DNA of 41,774 nucleotides, taken from a virus. Its lineage: Duplodnaviria; Caudoviricetes. Shown here one piece after another: positions 27,136 to 35,415 of this stretch (position 1 is the first letter of the stretch; each line of letters begins with the position of its first letter). Location: the IMG/VR virus record IMGVR_UViG_3300037420_000864, positions 1 through 41,774 of that record; one strand, 5' to 3'. The notes beneath the pieces were generated by a model that searched no databases, had not been told where the DNA came from, and was given only the letters and a program-made list of their open reading frames with translations. Made by a program: the position numbers and the translations under genes.

Positions 27136-27441
27136 ATGTTCGACGTCGCCCTGCTGACGCCGCTGCAACGCCTCGCGCTGCGCGCCGCACTCGCTGCACC
27201 GGAACACACGCTGCTGCGCCGCCCCGGTGGATTCGGAACGCTCACGCCCGGCAGCGCGGTGTTCACCACACGCACGATCAACACGCTGGAACTGGACGGC
27301 CTGCTGGAATTCGACACGCTGCAATTCCCCACGCAGGCGTCACTGTCGGACGAAGGCCGCGCGATCGCCCAGCAGCTGCAGGACGAACGCGCCAACCCGC
27401 CCAAGCGCCGCGCCAGCGACGTGCAGGACCGCGCCGCATGA
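27136..27441 (+). CDS. Hypothetical protein, possible winged helix (101 aa)
   Basis: GGAG RBS; LTPLQR..L and TI..LE..GLL pattern. Confidence 0.65.
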   Translation: MFDVALLTPLQRLALRAALAAPEHTLLRRPGGFGTLTPGSAVFTTRTINTLELDGLLEFDTLQFPTQASLSDEGRAIAQQLQDERANPPKRRASDVQDRAA

Positions 27442-27644
27442 CGCTGCACCCCTCGCGTGCCGACATCGCCAAGGTGCGGCGCCTCGCCAAACACGTCGAA
27501 TGGTGCCAGTGCGAATTGCTGCGCCATGCCGGCGAATTACCCGGCCCGTCGCACTCGGGGCTGTCGGTCGCTGACCTGCAGTGCATCGCGGCCGAAGCCA
27601 GCCGCCACGCGTTCGTCGTGGCCATTGCCTCGCAGGTGAAGTGA
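27438..27644 (+). CDS. Hypothetical protein (68 aa)
   Basis: ATGA overlap upstream and TGATG overlap downstream. Confidence 0.5.
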   Translation: MTLHPSRADIAKVRRLAKHVEWCQCELLRHAGELPGPSHSGLSVADLQCIAAEASRHAFVVAIASQVK

Positions 27645-27907
27645 TGGTGTATCAGCCCGACCCGTTGCCGGAATCCGCCGGCGAACCGCGCCCACCGCGC
27701 AGCCGCGCGGGGTATTCATCCCCCACGCAAGCGCTGCGCGTTCCCAGCCACACACTCGACGCGCAGTGCCCGCAGTGCGCACACCGCTGGACGGTGGCGC
27801 ACCTGCCGATGCGCTTGGACAAGGTCGCCGCGTTGTGCCAGCGCGCTGCGTGCGCGAAGTGCGGCAACACGTCGCCGGTGCTGGCGTCGAACGGTGGCGG
27901 CGAATGA
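27644..27907 (+). CDS. Zinc-ribbon hypothetical protein (87 aa)
   Basis: CPQC.H.W ... CAKCG. Confidence 0.6.
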   Translation: MVYQPDPLPESAGEPRPPRSRAGYSSPTQALRVPSHTLDAQCPQCAHRWTVAHLPMRLDKVAALCQRAACAKCGNTSPVLASNGGGE

Positions 27908-28635
27908 AACGCGAAGTGCCGCGGCCGCACTGGTCCGCTGACGAACTCGCGCTGCTGACGAAGCATTACCCGCTGGTGGGCGCACGCGGCTGCGTGGCGC
28001 TGATCAAGGGGCGCGACGCGAATGGCATTTACGCCAAGGCGCGCCAGCTGAAACTGCAGGCGCCGCGCATCAAAAATCCGCGCCGTGAATACCCGCCGTG
28101 TGATCGCGTAGACGCGGCCATCCGTCACGTGGCCAGCACCGGCAACAAACGCGGCGACTGGCTGAAACTGGAAAAGCGATTCCAGCGCCCGCGTGACTAC
28201 TTTTCGCGTCGCGCCAGGCAGCTGGGCGTCACCGCCGCGGTGTTTGAAAGGAACTGGCACGCCGACGAAGTCGCGCTGCTGCGCGAAACGTCGGAACTGC
28301 GCGCCGCCGAAGCGGCTGCCGCGTTCAAGCGCCGCGGATACAAACGCACGGTGCACGCGATCATCCGCAAACGCCACCTGCTGAAAATCGACACCACGCG
28401 ATACAGCCGCTATTCGGCCAGCGAAATGGCCGAAATGTTCGGCGTGCCGCCCGTGACGATCCTGCGCGCGATTGACGCCGGCGAACTGACCGCCAAACGC
28501 GAAAAGGCCAGCGGCTATTTCATCGTCACCGACGCCAACGTGCGCGCGTTCCTGATCGCGCACCCGCTTCGCCTAGACCTTCGACGCATGCCACCGGCGA
28601 ACGTGCCGTGGCTGATCGATTTGCTGACTGCATAA
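27904..28635 (+). CDS. Multi-HTH DNA-binding protein (Myb/SANT-like repeats plus Xis-like HTH, 243 aa)
   Basis: WSADELALL and WHADEVALL repeats; YSASEMAEMFGVPPVTILRAIDAGELTA. Confidence 0.7.
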   Translation: MKREVPRPHWSADELALLTKHYPLVGARGCVALIKGRDANGIYAKARQLKLQAPRIKNPRREYPPCDRVDAAIRHVASTGNKRGDWLKLEKRFQRPRDYFSRRARQLGVTAAVFERNWHADEVALLRETSELRAAEAAAAFKRRGYKRTVHAIIRKRHLLKIDTTRYSRYSASEMAEMFGVPPVTILRAIDAGELTAKREKASGYFIVTDANVRAFLIAHPLRLDLRRMPPANVPWLIDLLTA

Positions 28636-28653
28636 CACAGGGGACACACCACC

Positions 28654-29250
28654 ATGCACGAACCCGAACACCTGAGCGGCCCCGATTTTCTCGACGCGTT
28701 CGCCGACGAACAGCTGGCCGCTGGGCTGGAAATCAACGCCGCCGAATTCCGCCGACGCGCCCAGCAGTGGCGCGACGATGCCGCCGACCATGACCGCGCG
28801 TGGCTCGCGCATAACACGCTGGAACAGGCGCTGGGCGCGCTTAAGCGCCGCGTGGCCGCTGCGTTCGACGTAGCCATGCGCATCACCCCGACGTCCAGCA
28901 GCGCCGACCTGCACGCACTGCGCGCAATGCTCGCCACGATCGCCGACCTGCAGGTGCCCAGCGTAGCCACGCCCAGCCTGCGCGACCCGCGCGTGCTGCC
29001 GATGCCGGGCGACCAGTTCTGGCTGCCGGTGGAAGTGACGGACGTGGGATACGGTCGCGGCGGGTTCGACGTCGAACTGCACGCGGTCGCCGACGGCGTG
29101 CGGCTGTTCGACCTCGCCGAACTGCCCGACCGCACTGCCGACGGTCGCGTGCAGCAGTGGCTGCGCCAAGCCACCGGTGTGCAGGCGGGCGACACGCCAC
29201 TGACCATGCACCAGGACGACGCCGCGCCGGCGCTGCAGGCGGTCGCGTGA
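28654..29250 (+). CDS. Hypothetical protein (198 aa)
   Basis: AGGGGA RBS; phage-like codon use; tiled operon. Confidence 0.65.
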   Translation: MHEPEHLSGPDFLDAFADEQLAAGLEINAAEFRRRAQQWRDDAADHDRAWLAHNTLEQALGALKRRVAAAFDVAMRITPTSSSADLHALRAMLATIADLQVPSVATPSLRDPRVLPMPGDQFWLPVEVTDVGYGRGGFDVELHAVADGVRLFDLAELPDRTADGRVQQWLRQATGVQAGDTPLTMHQDDAAPALQAVA

Positions 29251-29507
29251 GTCGCCCTCGCATCAACCCGGTGGCGATCCTGCACCGCTTCACGTTCTGC
29301 GCGCGGACCTTCATCAACCGCCACAGCGAAGTGACCACGCGCACCGAAGTGATCGCCGCACGCGACGCCGTCGCGCGCGTGATCAAGGCCGCCAAGGCGC
29401 TGGAGTCGCGCGGGTTTTTCAGGCCCAGCGCATGCGCCGACGCCGACACGCGCCGGGAAATGACCGCGATGCGCCGCGCCCTCGCCGCCATTGAAGGTGA
29501 CGCATGA
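29247..29507 (+). CDS. Hypothetical protein (86 aa)
   Basis: GTGA and ATGA overlaps at both ends. Confidence 0.55.
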   Translation: MSRPRINPVAILHRFTFCARTFINRHSEVTTRTEVIAARDAVARVIKAAKALESRGFFRPSACADADTRREMTAMRRALAAIEGDA

Positions 29508-29713
29508 CGACGCACCGCACCGCCGTGCCGTTCAGCGTGTGCGAAGGCGCGGGGCTGCGCATTTGCGACAGCTGCCACCGCCAGGCCGATCGCCACCCCG
29601 CCGCCGCCGCCAACCCGCGCCAGCCGCGCTTCGCCCCCACCACCAGCAGCCGCTGCGCGAATTGGAAGGCCGTGCCACCGCGCGGCGCCATCACCCCCAC
29701 CGACAGGACCTGA
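29504..29713 (+). CDS. Small Cys-containing hypothetical protein (69 aa)
   Basis: ATGA overlap; C...CDSC...C. Confidence 0.5.
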   Translation: MTTHRTAVPFSVCEGAGLRICDSCHRQADRHPAAAANPRQPRFAPTTSSRCANWKAVPPRGAITPTDRT

Positions 29714-29716
29714 TCC

Positions 29717-30364
29717 ATGCCCGCTTCCATCATCGTGTACGCGCCAGGCGATCGCGCGATGCAGTACGCCGAACACCTGCGCGAACGCTTCGGCCTTCGC
29801 CGGGTGTTCGACGCCCGCGACGGCGCCACATTCTTGGGAAACCCGCCGCAGGTCGGCAGGCTGATCGTCACCAGCACGGAAGAAGGCGCCGACAATATCG
29901 CCGCCAGCTGCGGAAACCGCCTGCGGGTGATGACGCTGGACGAAGCGCTGGACGAAGTCGGCCGGCCCGACCCGGACCCTGCGCAGCTGTCGCTGACCAG
30001 CACGGGCGCCAATGCGTTCGACGCGGGCGGCCTCATGTATGAACCGACCATTTCCGCGCTGCCGGCGGTGGGCGCACAGCCTGTGCCTGCCAGCGCGCCC
30101 GGCATCCTGCGCGCCGCTGCGCAGCACCTGCAGGACCGCGCCGCGCTGCGCGACCAGCCCGCCGGCGAACGTTCGATGGCGCGCACCGTGTCGGCGTTCA
30201 ACGCGCTGACCGGCCACGCGATCAGCGAACGCGACGGCTGGCTGTTCATGGTCGCGCTGAAAGCGGCACGCGCATGCACCACGCCGTCGGGCATCGCCGA
30301 CGATTACCAGGACGGCGCCGCGTACTTCGCGCTAGCCGGTGAATCCGTGGGGCACACCGCGTGA
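29717..30364 (+). CDS. DUF6378-like protein (215 aa)
   Basis: C-terminal GERSM..TV.AFN.LTG...GWLFM..LK..R...D.Y.D.AAY.AL.GE. Confidence 0.7.
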   Translation: MPASIIVYAPGDRAMQYAEHLRERFGLRRVFDARDGATFLGNPPQVGRLIVTSTEEGADNIAASCGNRLRVMTLDEALDEVGRPDPDPAQLSLTSTGANAFDAGGLMYEPTISALPAVGAQPVPASAPGILRAAAQHLQDRAALRDQPAGERSMARTVSAFNALTGHAISERDGWLFMVALKAARACTTPSGIADDYQDGAAYFALAGESVGHTA

Positions 30365-30681
30365 GTCGCCACACGCTTGCATTGCTGGCCGCGATGCCCG
30401 CGCACGCACGTGCGCGCACCAGCGCCGACAACGTCGACGACGTGCTGGCAGTGATTGCGCCGACCACGTGCGTGGTGTGCGACACGCCGACGGAACCGAC
30501 GTGCATGGCCTGCGCCGAAACGATGGCCGACGCCGAACTGGACCGGCACCACGGCGCGGCCGTGCGCATGGCCAATGCACTGCAGGACCTGTTCAACACG
30601 TGCGGCGCGATTGCCGACGTGCGCCAGGCGTACGAATCCGTGGCCGACTTCGTCGCGGAGTACAAGGGGCTGCGCGCGTGA
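30361..30681 (+). CDS. Hypothetical protein with CxxC-CxxC (106 aa)
   Basis: GTGA overlaps at both ends; CVVC...CMAC. Confidence 0.55.
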   Translation: MSRHTLALLAAMPAHARARTSADNVDDVLAVIAPTTCVVCDTPTEPTCMACAETMADAELDRHHGAAVRMANALQDLFNTCGAIADVRQAYESVADFVAEYKGLRA

Positions 30682-31613
30682 ATTACGCGTCAGTCACAAG
30701 CGGAATAGAAGCGGCGACCGTCGCGTGGCACCCGCTTGGCTGGCGCCCGCAGTTTTTCGCGGAAAACGCGCGCTTTCCCAGCGCTGTGCTGGCGCACCGA
30801 TACCCCGGTGTCCCGAACTTCGGGGACATAACCCGGTTTAAGGAATGGCCCGATGCAGTCCTGCATGTTCTCGCAGCCGGCACCCCGTGCCAGGCGTTCA
30901 GCGTCGCCGGCCTGCGCGCCGGGCTCGCCGATCCACGCGGCAACCTCGCCCTCGTCTATCTTGCGTTGGCTTGCCGCTATCGGCCCCAGTGGCTGGTATG
31001 GGAAAACGTCGCCGGCGTACTGCACACGAACAAAGGCCGGGACTTTGCAGCCTTCATCACTGGGCTGGCAGAACTCGGGTATGGGTTCGCGTGGCGAGTG
31101 TTTGACGCTCAGCACTTCGGAATTCCCCAGCGACGCCGTCGCGTGTTCCTTGTCGGATTTCTTGGAGACTGGCGACGTGCCGCAGCGGTGCTTTTTGAGC
31201 CCGAAAGCCTGCGCGGGGATTCTGCGCCGCACGACCCGCGCCCAGTTTCCCCTGCCTTCGCAGCTGCTGCAGGCGCTGCACGCGGTAGCTGGTGGGACGG
31301 CGGACAGGTAAGCCAAACGCTGGACGCTGTCCTGCAAAAAGGCCAGCTGATGCCGCACAAAAACCGGTTCCCCGCGGTGCTGGTTCCGACGGCCCGGGGC
31401 GTGCGCGCACGCCTGATGACCGCGCGCGAATGCGAACGGCTGCAGGGATTCCCTGACGATTACACGCGCGTCCCGTATCGCGGGCGCGCGGCCGAACTGT
31501 GCGCGGAGGGTCCGCGGAAAAAGGCCATCGGCAATTCCATGCCGGTGCCCGTCATGCGCTGGCTGGGCCAGCGCATTGCCATGGTGGACGAACAGCTGCA
31601 GGTGGCCGCGTGA
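30678..31613 (+). CDS. Orphan C5-cytosine DNA methyltransferase (311 aa)
   Basis: SGIEA (I), GTPCQAFS (IV), WENV (VI), PQRRRRVF (VIII), RECERLQGFP (IX), AIGNSM (X); GTG at 30678; no cognate nuclease seen. Confidence 0.93.
   Translation: MNYASVTSGIEAATVAWHPLGWRPQFFAENARFPSAVLAHRYPGVPNFGDITRFKEWPDAVLHVLAAGTPCQAFSVAGLRAGLADPRGNLALVYLALACRYRPQWLVWENVAGVLHTNKGRDFAAFITGLAELGYGFAWRVFDAQHFGIPQRRRRVFLVGFLGDWRRAAAVLFEPESLRGDSAPHDPRPVSPAFAAAAGAARGSWWDGGQVSQTLDAVLQKGQLMPHKNRFPAVLVPTARGVRARLMTARECERLQGFPDDYTRVPYRGRAAELCAEGPRKKAIGNSMPVPVMRWLGQRIAMVDEQLQVAA
30853..31311 (+). CDS. Nested +1-frame ORF resembling the M.EcoHK31I beta polypeptide (152 aa)
   Basis: AAGGA RBS 8 nt before ATG; CSLSDFLETG.VP...FLSPKACAGILRR...LP..L..AL motif. 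Confidence 0.6.
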   Translation: MQSCMFSQPAPRARRSASPACAPGSPIHAATSPSSILRWLAAIGPSGWYGKTSPAYCTRTKAGTLQPSSLGWQNSGMGSRGECLTLSTSEFPSDAVACSLSDFLETGDVPQRCFLSPKACAGILRRTTRAQFPLPSQLLQALHAVAGGTADR

Positions 31614-31615
31614 AC

Positions 31616-31813
31616 TCAGCGCCGCTTACGGCCGAACTCCGCGACCAGCGCGTGCGTGATGGCGGCGACGATACTGCCGTACAGCTTCACGCCGTGGTCC
31701 AGCGCGTCCTGCGCGGCAGGATCGCGCAGGACAAACGCAATCTGCCGCCCGCGCTCACGATACGCGGCCTGCCGCTCGGCGGGCGTTTTGGCCGCCGCCT
31801 TTTTCGTGGCCAT
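31616..31813 (-). CDS. Small basic putative DNA-binding regulator (65 aa)
   Basis: KTPAERQAAYRER helix, then a strand-helix-helix pattern; last gene of antisense cassette 1. Confidence 0.65.
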   Translation of the reverse strand: MATKKAAAKTPAERQAAYRERGRQIAFVLRDPAAQDALDHGVKLYGSIVAAITHALVAEFGRKRR

Positions 31814-31816
31814 CGC

Positions 31817-32713
31817 TCACGCGCTCCATTCGGCGACGCGGTACTGCGCGTCCTCGCCGCACAGCGCGTGGATGAACTCGGCGAACTGGCGCACGCTCGC
31901 GCAGTCGTCGGGCACTTCGTACAGGCCGACGCTGTCGCAGCCACCGATCGCCAGCAGACGCACGCGCGCCGGGCCGTCCATGTACGTGTGCATGGTGTAG
32001 GACACCCACACCCAGCCACCGGTATTCGCGTCGAACTCGGCCTGCCCTGCGTCTGCGGTCTGCGCCATGAACTGGTGCACGGTTTCACCTTCACCGAACT
32101 GCCCCACGGGCAGGTCCAGCGCCTGACGGTAGCGCGCCAGCAGGTGCGTCGCAGCGCCGGCGCGCAGGTGCGCGCGGGCAGTGTCCATGCGCTGCAGCAG
32201 TGCCGTGCGACGGTCGCGCTGTTCGGGCACCAGCTGCGCGGCGATCGCCTCGCCGCGCCCGCTGTCGATCAGCACCTGCGGCGTGCGTTCGTATTCGCTG
32301 CAGTACCAGCGATACAGGCGGCGCTCCAGTTCCCACAGGTCCGCGCTGACGCGCGAATCATTGCCGATGGTCAGCATGTATTCGCCGCCGCCGATGTACT
32401 CCACGTACACCGCGCCCATGTACACGAACCCGCGCGCCAGTTCGTCGAACTCGCTGCCGCCGGTGTCGCTTTCAAGGTCGGTGGATTCGGTGCGCGTCGC
32501 CTGAAATTCGGCGAAGGCCAGCGGCGTGCCGCGCTTCGCCTTGGCGTCGATCAGGTGCGCCAGTTTCCAGTTGACGCGCTCGCGTTCGGACTCGGCCAGC
32601 GCGTCGAACTGGGGCAGGGCGCGCACCGCGTTCGTCGGCGCGAAGTCGTCGGCGCCGGTGGAATTCAGGATGGCCAGCGCGTCGAAGGCCAGCTGCGAAA
32701 TGTTCGGCTGCAT
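31817..32713 (-). CDS. Unknown multi-domain protein, cassette 1 (298 aa)
   Basis: ATG at 32713 (MQPNISQL) after GGAG RBS within the repeated upstream element; phage-like codon use. Confidence 0.75.
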   Translation of the reverse strand: MQPNISQLAFDALAILNSTGADDFAPTNAVRALPQFDALAESERERVNWKLAHLIDAKAKRGTPLAFAEFQATRTESTDLESDTGGSEFDELARGFVYMGAVYVEYIGGGEYMLTIGNDSRVSADLWELERRLYRWYCSEYERTPQVLIDSGRGEAIAAQLVPEQRDRRTALLQRMDTARAHLRAGAATHLLARYRQALDLPVGQFGEGETVHQFMAQTADAGQAEFDANTGGWVWVSYTMHTYMDGPARVRLLAIGGCDSVGLYEVPDDCASVRQFAEFIHALCGEDAQYRVAEWSA

Positions 32714-32782
32714 TTTCCAGGCTCCGGCCGGGACCGCCCCGACCACGACACGAACCCTACACCGTCACTAGTGACGACGCAA
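32711..32782 (-). promoter_or_regulatory. Repeated promoter/operator/5'UTR element, copy 1
   Basis: TTGCGT-17-TAGGGT; spacer holds CGTCACTAGTGACG palindrome (32763-32776); near-identical to 35818-35891. Confidence 0.85.
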
Positions 32783-32813
32783 CCCCCCCGCCCACTCAGC
32801 CTAGGACACGACC

Positions 32814-33161
32814 ATGGACCCGCTGCCGCTGTACGCCCCCGCCCTGATCGAACGCGACGCCGAAACCGGCCAGTTCTGGCACCCGCACCTGCCGTTCCCG
32901 GGCGGCGCGGACGCCGCGTGTGTCGAATACAGCGACGCCATGGCCGAACAGGGCGACTGGGAACTGGTCGACTGGCCGGCCGACCTCCACGCCTGCGACG
33001 GCAGCGCCGCGTTCTGGCAAGCGCTGCGCGACTGGAACCCGGCGCCGCCCGCCGGCGACGGCTGGCAGCTGGCGGCCATCGCCGTCACCGACGCCGGGCC
33101 CCGCGCATGGTTCGTGCGCCCGCACCCCGCCCTGCAACCCGTGGCCGCCCCGGCCGCCTAA
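32814..33161 (+). CDS. Phage hypothetical protein (115 aa)
   Basis: AGGA RBS; HP.LP...W.P.PP.GDGW.L.AI..T..GP.A.F.R motif recurs in phage early regions. Confidence 0.7.
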   Translation: MDPLPLYAPALIERDAETGQFWHPHLPFPGGADAACVEYSDAMAEQGDWELVDWPADLHACDGSAAFWQALRDWNPAPPAGDGWQLAAIAVTDAGPRAWFVRPHPALQPVAAPAA

Positions 33162-33215
33162 GCCCCACCAGGCCGCGCCGATCGGCGGCGCGGCCACGTT
33201 CCAAGGATTCCCCGC

Positions 33216-33461
33216 GTGATCGGCGAAGTGCTGCAATTCCAGGACCTGCAGGAACTGTGCAAGCCCGGCCACAAACCGCAGCTGGCCACGGTCGAAAAGT
33301 GGGCCAAGCGCATCGGCCTGCGCTATACCTTCGACGGTGACGGCGGCATCATCAGTTCGGTGGCCGCGCTGAACACCGCGCTGGGGCTCGGCCCGGCGGC
33401 CAATGACACGCCCGCCGCACCATCCGGTGCGGCCCTTGTGCGCGGGGTGCGCCTGAAATGA
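33216..33461 (+). CDS. Putative excisionase (DUF4224-like, 81 aa)
   Basis: AAGGA RBS; L...DL.EL...W...G..Y winged-helix pattern; upstream of integrase. Confidence 0.6.
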   Translation: MIGEVLQFQDLQELCKPGHKPQLATVEKWAKRIGLRYTFDGDGGIISSVAALNTALGLGPAANDTPAAPSGAALVRGVRLK

Positions 33462-33745
33462 AAGCGCTGGAATTCACAGGCACGCTGCACACCGTCGGCC
33501 AGGACGGCCGCGCGATGCTGGTGGCCGATTTCGCCAGCGTGCAGGTGCGCGTCGATCCGCGCAGTGGCAACGTCGCAGTGAACTATCCGGGCCGCATGGT
33601 GTTCGCCAGCGGCCGCGATGCGTTCCTGTCCGTTGACGTGGCGCGGCGCTTCGTGTGTGTCACCCTGCGCCCCACTCCGCGCCTGAAAGGGCTGCGCCGC
33701 CAGGCGATGCGCAAAGGGCGCAGCGGCTGGCGTTCGATTCGATAA
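33458..33745 (+). CDS. Hypothetical protein with basic C-terminal motif (95 aa)
   Basis: ATGA overlap; ends LRRQAMRKGRSGWRSIR. Confidence 0.6.
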   Translation: MKALEFTGTLHTVGQDGRAMLVADFASVQVRVDPRSGNVAVNYPGRMVFASGRDAFLSVDVARRFVCVTLRPTPRLKGLRRQAMRKGRSGWRSIR

Positions 33746-33761
33746 CAACGGAGCCCCGCCA

Positions 33762-34001
33762 ATGCCTCCCACCGTTGACCAGGTAATAGCAGCGCACAAG
33801 CGCTTCACGGCATCACTGCCCACTGCCGAACAGGCCGCCGCAAGCCTCGCCCGCATGGGCGATGCGATGCGCAACGCCACGAACGCAGCGCATGATTTCG
33901 CCGACGCAGGAAGCGCTGCAATGGCGCGCTGTGCCCGCTTATCCACGCTGCGCGCCCAAGCCAAGCGCAAGGGCCGGCCAGGCTGGCGCGCGATTCGCTA
34001 A
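33762..34001 (+). CDS. Hypothetical protein with the same basic C-terminal motif (79 aa)
   Basis: GGAG RBS; ends LRAQAKRKGRPGWRAIR. Confidence 0.6.
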   Translation: MPPTVDQVIAAHKRFTASLPTAEQAAASLARMGDAMRNATNAAHDFADAGSAAMARCARLSTLRAQAKRKGRPGWRAIR

Positions 34002-34013
34002 GGACTCGCCGCC

Positions 34014-35219
34014 ATGACGCCGCCCGCTGGCCGCCCGCGCAAACACGACCCCGCGATACCTGCGCATATCGATCAGGACCGCATCCCGAAGGGGTTTTAT
34101 TTCCGGCGCCGCGCCGATGGCAGCGGCGTGTGGTTCGTGTACGAACGCCAGCCCAACGGCGCACCGAAGCGCAAGCCGCTGGCGAATCAGGACGCGAAAC
34201 TGTCGGACCTGCACGCGATCGCGGAAAGCCACGCGAACAGCGCAAGCGGCACGCTGGCGTGGCTGCTGGAACAGTTCCACGACAGCGCGAAGTACCGCAG
34301 CCTGTCGAAGGCGACGCGCGAGGACTACGATTACTGTCGCACCGTGTGGGAGGACTTCCCCACCAGCGCCGGCCTCCCGCTGGGCCGCACGCCGCTGTCG
34401 CATATCACGCGCGTGCTGGTGCAGGTCGTGGTCGACACGATCGCGAAGGGGCAGGACGAAACGCGACCAGGCGCCGGCGACGCGGTGCCGGGCTATCCGT
34501 CCAAAGCGAATCACGCGCTGCGCTACCTGCGCCGCGTGTACGAATGGGCAGCGAACAGGCTGGACGGATTCAAAGACAACCCCGCCAAGGGCGTCGAACA
34601 GTCGAAGGAACGCAAGCGCCGCCGCCTGCCCACGCCGGACGCGTACGCCGCGGTGCTGAAATTCGCGCGCGAAGGCGCAGCGCGCAAAGCGCACACGAAG
34701 GGATCGTGCGCACCGTATCTGCCGCTGGCCATGGAACTGGGCTACCTGTGCCGCCTGCGGCCGGTGGAAACAATCACGCTGACGGACGCGCACGTGCTGG
34801 CCGATGGCCTGCAGACGAATCGCCGCAAGGGCTCGCGCGACAACGTGGTGCTGTGGAACCCGCGGCTGCGCGCCGCCGTCAAAGCGGCGCAAGCCTACCG
34901 CGACGAAGTGTGGAAGCGGGCCAAGCTGCCGACGCCGATGCGCCCGGAGGACCGCACACTGATCGTCAGCGAGGACGGCGGCCCGCTGGCCGACTCCAGC
35001 TGGCAAACCGCGTGGAATCGCCTGCAGCGCGCTGCCGTCAAAGCCGGGGTGATCGACGAAGCCATGCGCTTCGGCGCGCACGACCTGAAACGCAAGGGCG
35101 CCACGGACACGAAGGGCAACCGCGCCGACGTGCAGGACGCCGGCGGGTGGCGCAATGCCGCCATGGTCGACGTGTACGACCTGTCACTGCCGCGGGTGGA
35201 CCCCGCGGCGGGCAGCTAA
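34014..35219 (+). CDS. int: Tyrosine integrase (401 aa)
   Basis: AAGGA RBS; R (CRLRPVE), K (RRKGS), HDLKRK, GW and VYD catalytic-type motifs; near attP. Confidence 0.92.
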   Translation: MTPPAGRPRKHDPAIPAHIDQDRIPKGFYFRRRADGSGVWFVYERQPNGAPKRKPLANQDAKLSDLHAIAESHANSASGTLAWLLEQFHDSAKYRSLSKATREDYDYCRTVWEDFPTSAGLPLGRTPLSHITRVLVQVVVDTIAKGQDETRPGAGDAVPGYPSKANHALRYLRRVYEWAANRLDGFKDNPAKGVEQSKERKRRRLPTPDAYAAVLKFAREGAARKAHTKGSCAPYLPLAMELGYLCRLRPVETITLTDAHVLADGLQTNRRKGSRDNVVLWNPRLRAAVKAAQAYRDEVWKRAKLPTPMRPEDRTLIVSEDGGPLADSSWQTAWNRLQRAAVKAGVIDEAMRFGAHDLKRKGATDTKGNRADVQDAGGWRNAAMVDVYDLSLPRVDPAAGS

Positions 35220-35413
35220 CCCGCGGCGGGCTCAGGCGGGAACAGCTGGCCACCGTGGCGCGCGTGGATCGCCGCGGCGCGCTCGGGCAGCAGCCAGAAC
35301 GGCACGCCTTCGGCGTTGACCCACACGGTGCGGGTGGCGGCCTTGGCCACCATCAGCTGCGCAAGCGCCGGCGGCAGGTCGGCCGGCATCGGGTATTCGG
35401 GGCGACGGTCCAT
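35216..35413 (-). CDS. Unknown small protein, cassette 2 (65 aa)
   Basis: ATG at 35413 (MDRRPEYP), 2 nt after the upstream stop; converges on int. Confidence 0.5.
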   Translation of the reverse strand: MDRRPEYPMPADLPPALAQLMVAKAATRTVWVNAEGVPFWLLPERAAAIHARHGGQLFPPEPAAG

Positions 35414-35415
35414 GG

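Noticed and set aside
30678-31813. Methyltransferase as part of a restriction-modification system
   Set aside because: No nuclease motif in neighbouring ORFs; orphan methyltransferases are common in phage early regions
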